From an uncultured delta proteobacterium (GTDB lineage Bacteria; Desulfobacterota; Desulfuromonadia; Desulfuromonadales; BM103): a DNA stretch of 64,000 nt. Position 1 is the first letter of the stretch; each line of letters begins with the position of its first letter. The notes under the pieces are model-generated. The model was not told the origin of the DNA, made no database searches, and saw only the letters and a program-made list of their open reading frames with translations. A program made the position numbers and the translations under genes. Shown here in pieces: positions 28,960 through 38,828 of this stretch. Location: contig CAVQRZ010000023.1 in the NCBI GenBank assembly GCA_963715335.1, positions 119,541 through 183,540 of the forward strand. Reading direction: 5' to 3'.

Positions 28960-29814
28960 CTACGCCTGCTCCATCAGGAGACCGTTGTCTATCAACCTGG
29001 TCTTGCCGACCTTGACCGCCAGAAGCATCACCGACTTCCGGTCAATCACATCAACCTCCTCGAGCGTCTCGGCGTCACAGATTTTCACATAATCGATTTT
29101 CAGGTCCGGTTCCGATTCGAGACGACCGATCGCTTGTGCCACAACAGTTGACGCCACCCGTTCACCGGCCCTGACCATGGACATCGACCGGTTCAAAGAG
29201 TCGATCAGAGCCAGCGCCTGTTGCCGTTCGCCGGCAGAAAGATAGACGTTGCGGGAACTCATGGCCAGACCATCAGGTTCTCGGACGATCGGCATGCCGA
29301 CGATCTCCACCGGCACGTTGAGATCGGCCGTCATGCGCCGGACAACCGCCGTCTGCTGAAAATCCTTGCAACCGAACAGGGCAAGGTGCGGCATAACGAT
29401 GGTGAACAGTTTGGCAACGACCGTTGTCACGCCGCGGAAATGGGTGGGACGGCAAGCCCCCTCCAGGGAGCTCGTCAGGGGGCCTTCGACGGTGACATAG
29501 GTGGCGTATCCATCCGGGTAGATCGACGCCGCATCCGGGTAGAAGATCAGATCGACGTTGCATGCGCGGGCCATCGTCTCATCGCGGTCGAAATCGCGCG
29601 GGTAACGCCCGAGGTCCTCGCCCTGGCCGAACTGGGTCGGATTGACGAAAATCGACAGGACCAGCAGATCTCCCCGTTTGCGCCCTTCCCGCAACAGCGA
29701 GAGATGGCCCTCGTGCAGATAGCCCATGGTTGGCACGAATGCAATCGTCTGCCCTGCTGCTCTTGCGACCAGGCAGCGCTTCTGCATCTCTTTGATATCT
29801 GTGATTGTTTCCAT
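28960..29814 (-). CDS. panC: Pantoate-beta-alanine ligase
   Basis: FVPTMGYLHEGH, SIFVNPTQF, RPTHFRGV, GLAMSSRN, TRLIDN. Confidence 0.97.
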   Translation of the reverse strand: METITDIKEMQKRCLVARAAGQTIAFVPTMGYLHEGHLSLLREGRKRGDLLVLSIFVNPTQFGQGEDLGRYPRDFDRDETMARACNVDLIFYPDAASIYPDGYATYVTVEGPLTSSLEGACRPTHFRGVTTVVAKLFTIVMPHLALFGCKDFQQTAVVRRMTADLNVPVEIVGMPIVREPDGLAMSSRNVYLSAGERQQALALIDSLNRSMSMVRAGERVASTVVAQAIGRLESEPDLKIDYVKICDAETLEEVDVIDRKSVMLLAVKVGKTRLIDNGLLMEQA

Positions 29815-29820
29815 AAAACT

Positions 29821-29887
29821 CGTGGCGCGTAGCGCGTGGCGAGTAGCGCGATGTCATAACGCATAAGTCGTGCCACGCGCCACGTCG
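29821..29887. repeat. Heptamer-repeat inverted repeat between panB and panC
   Basis: cgtggcg cgtagcg cgtggcg agtagcg ... tgccacg cgccacg. Confidence 0.8.
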
Positions 29888-29888
29888 T

Positions 29889-30701
29889 TTAAAAAGAATG
29901 CTCCGGTCCGGGGAAAATCCCCTCCTTGACTTCGCGAATATAATCGTCGACGCCCTGGCGGATGGTGCCTGAGACATCGGCGTAGCGCTTGACGAATTTC
30001 GGCGAGTACTTCTCGCAGAGGCCGAGGATGTCATGGATCACCAGCACCTGGCCGTCACAGTCTGCGCCGGCACCGATACCGATCGTCGGGATTATCAGTT
30101 CAGCTGAGATTTGCGCTGCGAGTTTGGCCGGAATCCCCTCGAGGACGACTGCGCAGGCGCCCGCTTCGGCGACAGCCCTGGCATCGGCCAGCAACTGGCT
30201 GGCACGGGCCTGTTCACGCCCCTGGACCCGATAGCCGCCCATGCGATGCACCGATTGCGGGGTCAGGCCAACATGGCCAACGACCGGGATATCCATGGCA
30301 ACGATGGAGCGAATCGTTTCCGCAACCTGTACGCCGCCTTCCAGCTTGACCGCATGAGCACCGCCTTCCTTGATCAGGCGACCGGCGTTGCGACGGGCCT
30401 CGACCAACTCGACCTGGTAAGAGAGGAAAGGCATATCGGCAACGATCAATGACTTTGAGGCACCCCTGGCAACGGCTCGGGTATGATAGATCATCTCTTC
30501 CATGGTTACCGGCAGGGTGTTTTCATAACCGGCCACCACCGAGCCGACGGAATCGCCGACCAGGATGACATCGACGCCGGCCTGGTCCATAAGTCGTGCA
30601 AACGGGTAATCGTAAGCTGTCAGGACAGCGATCTTTTCTCCACTGGCCTTCATGGCTTGCAGGTCCGGTATCGTCCGGCGTTTTTTCTGTTTAGCGCTCA
30701 A
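29889..30701 (-). CDS. panB: 3-methyl-2-oxobutanoate hydroxymethyltransferase
   Basis: LTAYDY, ILVGDS, ADMPFLSY, VKLEGG, GHVGLTPQS. Confidence 0.97.
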   Translation of the reverse strand: MSAKQKKRRTIPDLQAMKASGEKIAVLTAYDYPFARLMDQAGVDVILVGDSVGSVVAGYENTLPVTMEEMIYHTRAVARGASKSLIVADMPFLSYQVELVEARRNAGRLIKEGGAHAVKLEGGVQVAETIRSIVAMDIPVVGHVGLTPQSVHRMGGYRVQGREQARASQLLADARAVAEAGACAVVLEGIPAKLAAQISAELIIPTIGIGAGADCDGQVLVIHDILGLCEKYSPKFVKRYADVSGTIRQGVDDYIREVKEGIFPGPEHSF

Positions 30702-30737
30702 ACGGTTAACCTCCTGATATAACTTTACATTCTTTCA

Positions 30738-30850
30738 ACAAAAAAGCCCCCCGAAGCGACACGGAAGGCAGTCACAAGCCGCGGCAACCGGTGCCGGACA
30801 CTTGTTTTGCTGTTACTGCCGTCCCGGTCACGTGGATCCAGGCGGTATGT
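30738..30850 (-). promoter_or_regulatory. pan-motif-like leader RNA with terminator/antiterminator
   Basis: CGCCUGGAUC-CACGU-GACCGGGACGG stem upstream of panB; terminator GCCUUCCG...CGGGGGGC-UUUUUU; competing helix GGACGGCAGUAAC/GUGACUGCCUUCC. Confidence 0.6.
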
Positions 30851-31001
30851 CCGGGCCCCCTGTTTCAGTTGCGGCTCCGGCACATGTTCCGGGCCTGAAA
30901 CAACAGGGCCAAAAAAGCGTTCTACTCTATAACACAGGCCTTCGACGGAGTCCAGCCGGATTTAAAAAACACCCCCCTGGCCACCTGCGCTTCGCCAACC
31001 T

Positions 31002-31580
31002 TTACTTCTTCAACAACGCTGTGCCAGCACTGTAAGCATCAGCTGCCTTGCCACCCAGCGACCAGTACTCCCGGAGACCGCCCAGGTAGACCAGCGGATC
31101 AAACTCCCTGGCATCGGCCTTGCCGCTGTCATTGAAAGCGCTCTCGCAGGCGTGTATCTCGACGATCTCCGCCATCACCAGGCGATAGTCCCCAAGCTCG
31201 ACTTCACGCAGGTAGCGGCACTCAACATTCAGGGGCGAATCAGCCAGCAGAGACACCCCTGCAACAGTGCCGGGAGCAACATCCAGACCGGTCAACTCAT
31301 GTTTGTCTGCCGTGCTGCCGGAGACGAGTCCGCAGGCATCCGCAGCGGCCGCAAGCCTGGCGGGGACGAGATTTACGGAAAAAACTCTGCTGGCCATGAT
31401 GTTGGCGTAAGTTTTCCGGCCATGGTGCAGTGATACGGCGATAGTCGGGGGGGTCTTGCTGACAATGCCCACCCAGGACGCCATCATCAGGTTGATCTTG
31501 CCCTGCCGGTCGCTGCTGCAAATCAGCGTGGCCGGCTGGGGGAAAAACGTCACACACGGACCGAGTTGTCGCTTTTTCAA
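31002..31580 (-). CDS. Flavin reductase-like (DIM6/NTAB) protein
   Basis: PQPATLI, NLMMASWVGIVS..PP, DACGLVSG, PLNVECR; RBS AAGGAG before TTG 31580. Confidence 0.88.
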   Translation of the reverse strand: MKKRQLGPCVTFFPQPATLICSSDRQGKINLMMASWVGIVSKTPPTIAVSLHHGRKTYANIMASRVFSVNLVPARLAAAADACGLVSGSTADKHELTGLDVAPGTVAGVSLLADSPLNVECRYLREVELGDYRLVMAEIVEIHACESAFNDSGKADAREFDPLVYLGGLREYWSLGGKAADAYSAGTALLKK

Positions 31581-31594
31581 TGCATACTCCTTAA

Positions 31595-31701
31595 CCGAGA
31601 GGCGCGAAGTGCGTAGCGCGAAAGGGCCTCCAAGACACTTCCCACTTCCCACTTCCCACTTCCCACTTCCCACTTCCCACTTCCCACGTCTCGCACTTCG
31701 A
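31595..31701. repeat. Heptamer inverted repeat containing a perfect (CACTTCC)7 array at 31636..31684
   Basis: gaggcgc gaagtgc gtagcgc left arm; seven exact CACTTCC units then cacgtct cgcactt. Confidence 0.92.
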
Positions 31702-31703
31702 GA

Positions 31704-34700
31704 TTAATCCTCTATCGACTCCAGCGCCCGCAGCAGCACCATGTATGGACTGGTACTGGTCGGTGGAGTGGATCTCATGCTCTCAAGCAGGTCGAGGAAA
31801 TAATTGACGCGCTGGCGTTTTCCGGACAGGAAGGTCTCAGCATCAAGCCCTTCAGCAACAACAATTCTGGTCAGGTTGACAGTCTGACGGATGAAAGCGC
31901 TCTGCAGGTTTGCGACGGCCATGCGGTCCCATTTGTCGTGCGGTGAAAAGTCCCTGAGGCTTGCCATGATTTGCGAGGTTTTCAGGCGCAGGCGCATTTT
32001 AGCCATCGCCGTGGTCACAGACAACAGGTCGGCACCGGTATTCTCGGCGATATAAACGGCCGGGAGGAATCCGGCGAGATAACGGAAGCTGGTCATTTCA
32101 AGAGCCATCCCTGCAGGGAAACCCTCTTCGGCCAAAGTGCCCGCCGCATCCTTGCAAAGCTGCCATTCATCGGTCGGCAGCAACTCTTCCAGATGGGTGC
32201 GGAATATCTCCAGGCACTGGCTGTATCTCTTGACATAACCCTTGTCGAGACAGATCGGCAGACCCTGCTCAATGGCCTGGTGACACAACCCGGCCAGGGC
32301 CTTCTCCAGGCCGATCAGCAGTTCGTACTGGCGACCGGCGGCCAGCTTGTTGTCTGCAGCCATAATCCTGCCGCGAATGGCCGCTCCGCCAAGGACTTCA
32401 TCGAAGACCAGGTAGGCGACGACCCCCTGGACAAGGGTTGCACCGGCCTGACGCACCAGGGTGTTCAGGAAGGCGCATCCGGCCTGGTCGACGATCCGGT
32501 TGGTTATCATGGTAGCGATGATCTCACGCTTCAGCGGGTGGTGGCTGATTTGGGACGCAAAGCGCGTGCGGGTTTTCTCAGGGAAGTATTGCTTCAGAAA
32601 AACCTGGGCGGCCTCCTGGTCAGGGAGTTCGCTTTCAAGCAGGGATTGGTAGAGGTGCATTTTGCTGTAGGCCAGCAGGATCGATAATTCAGGACGCACA
32701 TACCCCTGTCCCCTGGCGACCAGCTCCTTACGCGAGGGGAGAAATTCTCCCTGGCGGTCAAGCAGGCCGGCATTCGCCAGGCGTTCGCCCAGGTCAATAA
32801 ATGGGTCGCTGTCCCGCTGCGAACGCAGAAGGTCGAGCGACAGGCAAAGGCTCTGCGTGTAATTGTTGGCCAAAACCTTGTCGCAAACCTCATCGCCCAC
32901 TTCCTGCAGCTGCCGGTTGCGCGTCTGCTCGGTCTTGATAACTCCCGCTTCGCGCAGCACCTGGTAGAAGATCTTCATGTTGACTTCGTGGTCCGACGTG
33001 TCGACACCTGCCGAATTGTCGATGGCATCGGTGTTGATCGATCCTCCGGCCATGGCGTATTCAACTCTCGCCAGCTGGGTCAGGCCCAGGTTGCCACCTT
33101 CACCGATCACCCTGGCCCTGACTTGCGCGGCGGTGACGCGGACATTGTCGTTGGCACGATCACCGACATCGGCGTTCTTTTCCGTGGAGGCCCTGACGTA
33201 AGTACCGATGCCACCGTTCCAGAGCAGCTCGACTTCGGCCGTCAGCAGTCGTCGCACCAGTTCATCCCCTTCCATGGTGGTGTGTCTGACGCCGAGCCAT
33301 GCGCGGACTTCGGCCGAGAGAGGAATATCCTTCGAAGACCGCTCCCAGACTCCGCCCCCCCTGGAGATCAGAGCGGCGTTGTAATCCGCCCAGGTCGAGC
33401 GGGGCTTGTCAAACAGGCGCTTGCGCTCTTTCCAGGATCGGGCCGGGTCGGGATCCGGATCGATAAAGATATGCATATGGTTGAAAGCTGCAAGCAAGCG
33501 TGTATGTTTCGACAACAACATGCCGTTGCCGAACACGTCGCCGCTCATGTCACCGATACCGACTACGCTAAAGTCCTCGCTCTGGATGTCTTTCCCCAGC
33601 TCCCTGAAATGGCGCTTGACACATTCCCAAGCCCCGCGTGCCGTGATCCCCAGCTTCTTATGGTCATAACCGACCGAGCCGCCGCTGGCAAAGGCATCGC
33701 CGAGCCAGAACCCGTAGTCAATGCTGACCGCATTGGCAGTGTCCGGAAGGTGTGCCGTGCCCTTGTCTGCGGCAACCACCAGGTAAGGGTCGAAGTCGTC
33801 ATACACAACCACGCCCTTCGGCCTCTCAATTTGGCCTGCGACACGGTTGTCAACCAGGTCGAGCAGGCCGCGCATCAGCGTGATATAGGCCAGCCGCGAC
33901 AGCTCGGCACCCTCCTCCCTGGTAGAGAAAGAGTTCTTGACCACAAAACCGCCCTTCGAGCCGACCGGGACGATCAGTGAGTTCTTGGTCATCTGGGTTT
34001 TCATCAGGCCCAGCACCTCGGTGCGGAAATCGTCCGGACGGTCCGACCAACGGATACCGCCGCGCGCAACCTTGCCGCCGCGCAGGTGAATCCCCTCCAT
34101 GCTCGCCGAATGCACGAAAGTTTCGTACATTGGCCGCGGGAACGGCATATCGATAATGCCGATGGCGCTGACCTTGAAAGAAAGGAAATAATCCGGGTCA
34201 TCGCGACGCAGGAAGAAGTTGGTCCGCACGGTCGAATCGATCAGGTTGAACATGCTGCGCAGGATGCGGTCTTCATTGATGTCGCGAATCTCGTCAAGGA
34301 CCTGCGAAAGCTCCATCCTGACCGGCATCAACGCTTCCTCTTCCCGTTGCAGAGCATCCTGCCAGACCGGGTTCGGCTTGAAACGCGCTTCAAAATACTG
34401 GTACAGGAGCAAAGCCGCCCGGGGGTTGCCGATCAGAGCGAAGGCAACGCGACGCTTGGTAAACGGGTTGCCCAGTTGAAAATAGTAACTGCGATAGGCC
34501 CTGAAAACATCAATCTGCTGCCAGTCGAGTCCGGTCAAAACGAGCAGGCCGTTGAGATAGTCGTTTTCCACCTTTCCCTTGCGCAACCCGTTGAGGATTT
34601 CAAGAAACTTCTCCCGCAGCGACGACAGCGGCAAGGCTAGCGGGTGACTGTTGCGAATCGCGAAGCTCTTGATGTAGACGGTCTGCTCCTCGACCTCGAC

Positions 34701-36455
34701 GATCAGGTCTACCTCGTCGACGACGACCAGGTTGAGGTTTTCCAGGAACGGCATCAGTTCATTCAGATAACTTTCCCTGAGGCTGTAGAATTGCAGACGA
34801 AAAAACTCATGACGCTCCTGAAACGGGCCCCATAGGTCGAATCCGTCTTCACCGGTCTCTAGCACCCTTTCTATGGCCCGCACATCCCTGATTGCAAAGC
34901 GTGGATGGATCAGGTCTTTGTATTCATGCGAGAAGGTGTTGATGTACTTTTGCCACAGCTGCAAGCCGTCACCTTCCCCGGTGCCGCGCTGGAGCAGCAG
35001 GCGAAGTTTTTCATCCCATGGCCTGGCCAGGTCCGTCAGGACCTTCTGCAGCGATTCGATGTCGATTTTGACCTGCTCGCCCTGCGGGACGATATGGAAG
35101 TGCAGGCTGACGTAGTCGGAAAAGAAGTGGATCACCCGTGACGAGATATGCTCGGCATTGAGAAAACGGCCGAGATATGATTCCATGCGCCGCACTGAAT
35201 CACTGCTGTAATAATCGCGGGGCATGATCACCAGCAAGGTTATGCCGCGCAGGCTGAGACTGCGGGTCACAACCAGTTTGACCGATTGTTCGCGCTGCAG
35301 GCTGATGAACGAACGGACCAGCCGGTCAAGTTCCGCATCGGTCAGGAAGAACATCTCCACTTTCGGGAAGGTATTGAAGATCTCTACGAGCTTCCGGTAG
35401 TCGTAACTGTCAGTCGCGACATGCTGACGGGTCAGAGCAGTCAGCAATTTATCTCTTAACGGCGGAACATTCGTCGCCAGTTCATTGACACTGTTCTGCG
35501 AGAAAAGTCCGACGAATAAGTGTTCGATCCGCTTCCCGACCTTGCCGCATTCGCGGAAACCGAGATAGACCAGGTTGTCCTGCTTGTAGAGCGGGCTTTT
35601 TTCTTCGAGTATTTCAACAACCAGCGGGTTATTGCGGGCGAGCAGTTGCTTGGTCCCTGCAGTTGGCTGCAGGATCTTGCCGCCCCGGCCTTTTGACAGC
35701 AGGGTTTCTGGCAGCCAGCCGACAGGCGGCTCGACAATCTTCGCCTGGCCGGCGTTCCCTTTGGCTGCCGAAGTCTCGATCGAGGCATAGCCGAAACAGA
35801 TAAAATTACCCTTGAGCAGCCATTCGGAAAAATCTTTCTGTTCCCGGTTCTCCGCAATCTGTGCCAGGCTTTTGAGCTTCTGTTCAAGCATCCCGCGCTG
35901 ATTGCCTACGGCCAGCACAACCTTAAAAACCCGGCGAACTTCCTTTTCTATCTCTGTGGTATCGAAGTCGCGGACACCTTCGAACTGGACAAGCAGAAAA
36001 GACTCTTTGAGATCGGCTTCGGCATTGTCTCCGAGCGCGACCAGCAACCCCTTCCTGCGCTGCACAGGCAGGATCGGGTGGGAAATAATCATAGCCCGGT
36101 ACGACAGCTTGCGCAGGATGTTTTTCAGTGAATCGACCAGGTATGGGACATCAGGTGTATTGACCAGCAGGAAAGAGGACCCGCTGTTGCCGGGAGTGAA
36201 CCGGCACACCTTGACATCCTCGTCACGCTGGCGAAGAAATTCATGAAAAGCACCCAGCCATTCCAGCAAGTCGTCGACAGGCAGCTTGAGGAGGACCTGT
36301 GAATGGCTGTATACCAGCAGGGCTTCGGCCAGGGCCAGGATTGAGTCTGCGTCTGTGCGGGAGGATAATTTTTTCAGGCGACGACGGATCTCTGCGATCC
36401 TCTCCTGAAGGGTCTTGGTAAAGTTTTTGCCGTGCTCTTCAATGATGACGTCCAT
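31704..36455 (-). CDS. gdhB: Large NAD-specific glutamate dehydrogenase
   Basis: ~1580 aa; GKVARGGIRWSDR, VVAADKGTA, DAFASGGSVGYDHKKLGITARGAW, NSAGVDTSDHEVN. Confidence 0.93.
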   Translation of the reverse strand: MDVIIEEHGKNFTKTLQERIAEIRRRLKKLSSRTDADSILALAEALLVYSHSQVLLKLPVDDLLEWLGAFHEFLRQRDEDVKVCRFTPGNSGSSFLLVNTPDVPYLVDSLKNILRKLSYRAMIISHPILPVQRRKGLLVALGDNAEADLKESFLLVQFEGVRDFDTTEIEKEVRRVFKVVLAVGNQRGMLEQKLKSLAQIAENREQKDFSEWLLKGNFICFGYASIETSAAKGNAGQAKIVEPPVGWLPETLLSKGRGGKILQPTAGTKQLLARNNPLVVEILEEKSPLYKQDNLVYLGFRECGKVGKRIEHLFVGLFSQNSVNELATNVPPLRDKLLTALTRQHVATDSYDYRKLVEIFNTFPKVEMFFLTDAELDRLVRSFISLQREQSVKLVVTRSLSLRGITLLVIMPRDYYSSDSVRRMESYLGRFLNAEHISSRVIHFFSDYVSLHFHIVPQGEQVKIDIESLQKVLTDLARPWDEKLRLLLQRGTGEGDGLQLWQKYINTFSHEYKDLIHPRFAIRDVRAIERVLETGEDGFDLWGPFQERHEFFRLQFYSLRESYLNELMPFLENLNLVVVDEVDLIVEVEEQTVYIKSFAIRNSHPLALPLSSLREKFLEILNGLRKGKVENDYLNGLLVLTGLDWQQIDVFRAYRSYYFQLGNPFTKRRVAFALIGNPRAALLLYQYFEARFKPNPVWQDALQREEEALMPVRMELSQVLDEIRDINEDRILRSMFNLIDSTVRTNFFLRRDDPDYFLSFKVSAIGIIDMPFPRPMYETFVHSASMEGIHLRGGKVARGGIRWSDRPDDFRTEVLGLMKTQMTKNSLIVPVGSKGGFVVKNSFSTREEGAELSRLAYITLMRGLLDLVDNRVAGQIERPKGVVVYDDFDPYLVVAADKGTAHLPDTANAVSIDYGFWLGDAFASGGSVGYDHKKLGITARGAWECVKRHFRELGKDIQSEDFSVVGIGDMSGDVFGNGMLLSKHTRLLAAFNHMHIFIDPDPDPARSWKERKRLFDKPRSTWADYNAALISRGGGVWERSSKDIPLSAEVRAWLGVRHTTMEGDELVRRLLTAEVELLWNGGIGTYVRASTEKNADVGDRANDNVRVTAAQVRARVIGEGGNLGLTQLARVEYAMAGGSINTDAIDNSAGVDTSDHEVNMKIFYQVLREAGVIKTEQTRNRQLQEVGDEVCDKVLANNYTQSLCLSLDLLRSQRDSDPFIDLGERLANAGLLDRQGEFLPSRKELVARGQGYVRPELSILLAYSKMHLYQSLLESELPDQEAAQVFLKQYFPEKTRTRFASQISHHPLKREIIATMITNRIVDQAGCAFLNTLVRQAGATLVQGVVAYLVFDEVLGGAAIRGRIMAADNKLAAGRQYELLIGLEKALAGLCHQAIEQGLPICLDKGYVKRYSQCLEIFRTHLEELLPTDEWQLCKDAAGTLAEEGFPAGMALEMTSFRYLAGFLPAVYIAENTGADLLSVTTAMAKMRLRLKTSQIMASLRDFSPHDKWDRMAVANLQSAFIRQTVNLTRIVVAEGLDAETFLSGKRQRVNYFLDLLESMRSTPPTSTSPYMVLLRALESIED

Positions 36456-36556
36456 TGGCAGCCTCTCTGGAAAGGTTTGTGTCAGGTATGGACACAAGTC
36501 TAGGCGAAGACCGTCACAATGCAACCCCGGGCAGCTGACAAAACAAGTTATTGCAG

Positions 36557-37435
36557 TCAGTTGCCATGCATGACGATATCAGCGTCGCGGCGCAGTTCAG
36601 AGACCCACTGCTCCAGCAACTTCGCGCCCCTGGACTTTTTCAGGAAAGCAATGATTTTGTTCCTTGAATCATCGATGGTCGGCGGCGCCGGGATCTCGTG
36701 GGCCGTTACCCTGATCAGGTGGTAGCCGTAAGGCGTTTTGACCGGGTTGCCAACTTCGCCGACAATCTGGCTGAAGGCGGCATCAGCAAAAGCAGGATCG
36801 ACATCCTCGCGTCGAATCAGGCCAAGTTCACCGCCGCCCGGAGCACTGACACAGGCCGAGTGCCGCCGGGCAATTTCAGCGAAGCCTTCCTGTTCTGCAC
36901 GAACCTTGAGAGCCTTGGCGTGCTCCAGAGCCTCTTCCGGGGCGTCAGGATCGATCGGCAGCAGGATATGACTGGCCTGGATCCGCTCCTGATCGCGCAG
37001 CTGGTCCGGGTGGTCGGCAAAAAATCTTCTGATTTCGTCTTCACCGGGCTCCTCCACAGCGGCCAGCCTGCGCGCAGACATCTGGTCCACGGTGACGTCC
37101 TTGCGCACCATCCGCAGGAAGGAAGCTTTGTCCAGGCCACGCTCTGCCAGGCGGCCCCAGAAATCTTTCGGGTTGCCCATCATGCGCAGGATTCTGGCCG
37201 TTTCCGCTTCGACGGCAGCGTCATCGGCAACCAGGCCTTCCGACAATGCCGCCTGGAAAATCAGCTCTCTGGCGATCAGACGCTCCAGGGCCATGGCCAT
37301 TAATTCGGCAAGAGACTCCGACGGCACCTCAGCGAGAGTGGCGTGAAAATTTTCCTGGGCCAGGCTCTGCATCGCCGCATTGAGGGCCTTGTCATCAATC
37401 GGCGAGCCGTTAACGGTTGCGATCCGTTGTTCCAT
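36557..37435 (-). CDS. Parvulin (PpiC) peptidyl-prolyl isomerase with SurA-like N-domain
   Basis: IATVNG, ASHILL, FAEIARRHS, GGELG, VKTPYGYHLI; RBS CAGGAG before ATG 37435. Confidence 0.88.
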   Translation of the reverse strand: MEQRIATVNGSPIDDKALNAAMQSLAQENFHATLAEVPSESLAELMAMALERLIARELIFQAALSEGLVADDAAVEAETARILRMMGNPKDFWGRLAERGLDKASFLRMVRKDVTVDQMSARRLAAVEEPGEDEIRRFFADHPDQLRDQERIQASHILLPIDPDAPEEALEHAKALKVRAEQEGFAEIARRHSACVSAPGGGELGLIRREDVDPAFADAAFSQIVGEVGNPVKTPYGYHLIRVTAHEIPAPPTIDDSRNKIIAFLKKSRGAKLLEQWVSELRRDADIVMHGN

Positions 37436-38234
37436 CCTGTACTCCTGTTTCATCTGCCTCCAGAGCATTGGCCAGGCGGCCAAACTCCTCCAGTGCCAGT
37501 GTTTCACCGCGACGACGGGGGTCGATATCGGTCTCTGCAAAAGCACGGTCAACCTGTTCAGGTTGCCAGCCTGAGCCGAGCAGGCTGTTGCGCAGGGTTT
37601 TGCGCCTCTGGGCGAAAGCGCCACGGACGAGTCGCCTGAATCGCTCTTCATCGCGCAGCTCGACGCGCGGCTCCGCTAAAGGCGTGAGGCAAAGCACGAC
37701 GGAGTCAACCTTCGGCGGCGGAAAAAAGGCTTTCGGCGGCACCTTTACAACCCTGTCAATCTGAAACCAGGTCTGCATCAGGACGCTCAGGATGCCATAT
37801 TCACGCGAGTTTTGCTCGGCAAGCAACCGCTCGCCGACTTCCTTCTGGAACATCAGGACCAGGCGTTGGAACGCCTGGCGATGTTCAAGCACGCGAAATA
37901 AAATCTGGCTGGAGATATTGTATGGCAGGTTGGCAATCAGCTTGTAGGGAGGGGTGCGCAGAAGGTCCGCCCAGTCGAGACGAAGGACATCGCCGATAAC
38001 GATGTCGAGGTTATGATTGGTGCGCTCCTGCAAGGTGGCAGCGAGGTCGCGATCAATTTCAACCGCCAGGACCGGCAAACCGGTCTCAAGGAGACGGTTC
38101 GTCAGAGCTCCTGCCCCCGGCCCGATTTCCAGTATCCGGTCACCTTCCTGAAGTTCCGCAGCATTTACGATGCGATCCAGCACGTGCTGATCTCGCAGGA
38201 AGTTCTGACCGAACCGTTTTCTTGGACGATGCAT
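37410..38234 (-). CDS. rsmA: 16S rRNA dimethyltransferase RsmA/KsgA
   Basis: KRFGQNFL, LEIGPGAG, ANLPYNIS, FFPPPKVDS, FAQRRKTLRN. Confidence 0.97.
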   Translation of the reverse strand: MHRPRKRFGQNFLRDQHVLDRIVNAAELQEGDRILEIGPGAGALTNRLLETGLPVLAVEIDRDLAATLQERTNHNLDIVIGDVLRLDWADLLRTPPYKLIANLPYNISSQILFRVLEHRQAFQRLVLMFQKEVGERLLAEQNSREYGILSVLMQTWFQIDRVVKVPPKAFFPPPKVDSVVLCLTPLAEPRVELRDEERFRRLVRGAFAQRRKTLRNSLLGSGWQPEQVDRAFAETDIDPRRRGETLALEEFGRLANALEADETGVQDGTTDRNR

Positions 38235-38239
38235 AAAAT

Positions 38240-38310
38240 AAGTGGCTCGAAGTGAGAGGCGCGAAAATGATTACGTTTTAATCGCGCTTCGCATCTCGCG
38301 ATTCACGATC
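38240..38310. repeat. Degenerate heptamer inverted repeat overlapping the DUF2062 C-terminus
   Basis: cgaagtg agaggcg cgaa ... cgcgctt cgcatct cgcgatt cacgatc. Confidence 0.65.
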
Positions 38311-38799
38311 CTTGAACTTACGATGCCACCGCCGACGCGGCCAGCGGGGCACCCGCCAGTTCTTGACGATTGGCACCATGCGCAGGGTTACGAAATAACA
38401 CAGCGTGCCAAGAATGAGCCCGGAGATGATACCGCCGACCCACAACGGATAGATGATATGCCAGCCGAGATCGGCGTAGGCGCGCCAGGTAAACTCGGTC
38501 GGCAGCGATGCCCGGGGCATACCAAGCAGGATGCGTCCCATTTCGTATTCGATTGCGTAGATGACCGGCGCCGTCACCGGGTTGGTCACCCAGACGCCAA
38601 GGATTGCCGCGAGGCGATTTTCCCGCAGCAGGTAGGCAAACAGCAGCGCAATTGCCATCTGGAAACCAAAGGTCGGCGTCATCCCGATAAATATCCCGAG
38701 CGCAACACCCTTGGCAATTTCATCCGGTAGCCCGCGCAGGCGAACGAAGCGAACCAGCATCAACTTGGTTTGTCTGATGAACCCGACGCCACGCCACAT
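38278..38799 (-). CDS. DUF2062 family membrane protein
   Basis: PDEIAKGVALGIFIGMTPTFGFQ, WVTNPVTAP. Confidence 0.88.
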   Translation of the reverse strand: MWRGVGFIRQTKLMLVRFVRLRGLPDEIAKGVALGIFIGMTPTFGFQMAIALLFAYLLRENRLAAILGVWVTNPVTAPVIYAIEYEMGRILLGMPRASLPTEFTWRAYADLGWHIIYPLWVGGIISGLILGTLCYFVTLRMVPIVKNWRVPRWPRRRWHRKFKDRESRDAKRD

Positions 38800-38828
38800 C
38801 GTTCAAATCGCTCCGTTTTCGCTTTGAA

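Noticed and set aside
31581..31673. N-terminal MGSGKWEVGSGK extension of the flavin reductase
   Set aside because: It is the translated heptamer array; an AAGGAG RBS precedes TTG 31580.
31636..31684. Tandem repeats as a CRISPR array
   Set aside because: 7-bp units without spacers and no cas genes; no repeat-spacer array seen anywhere in the window.
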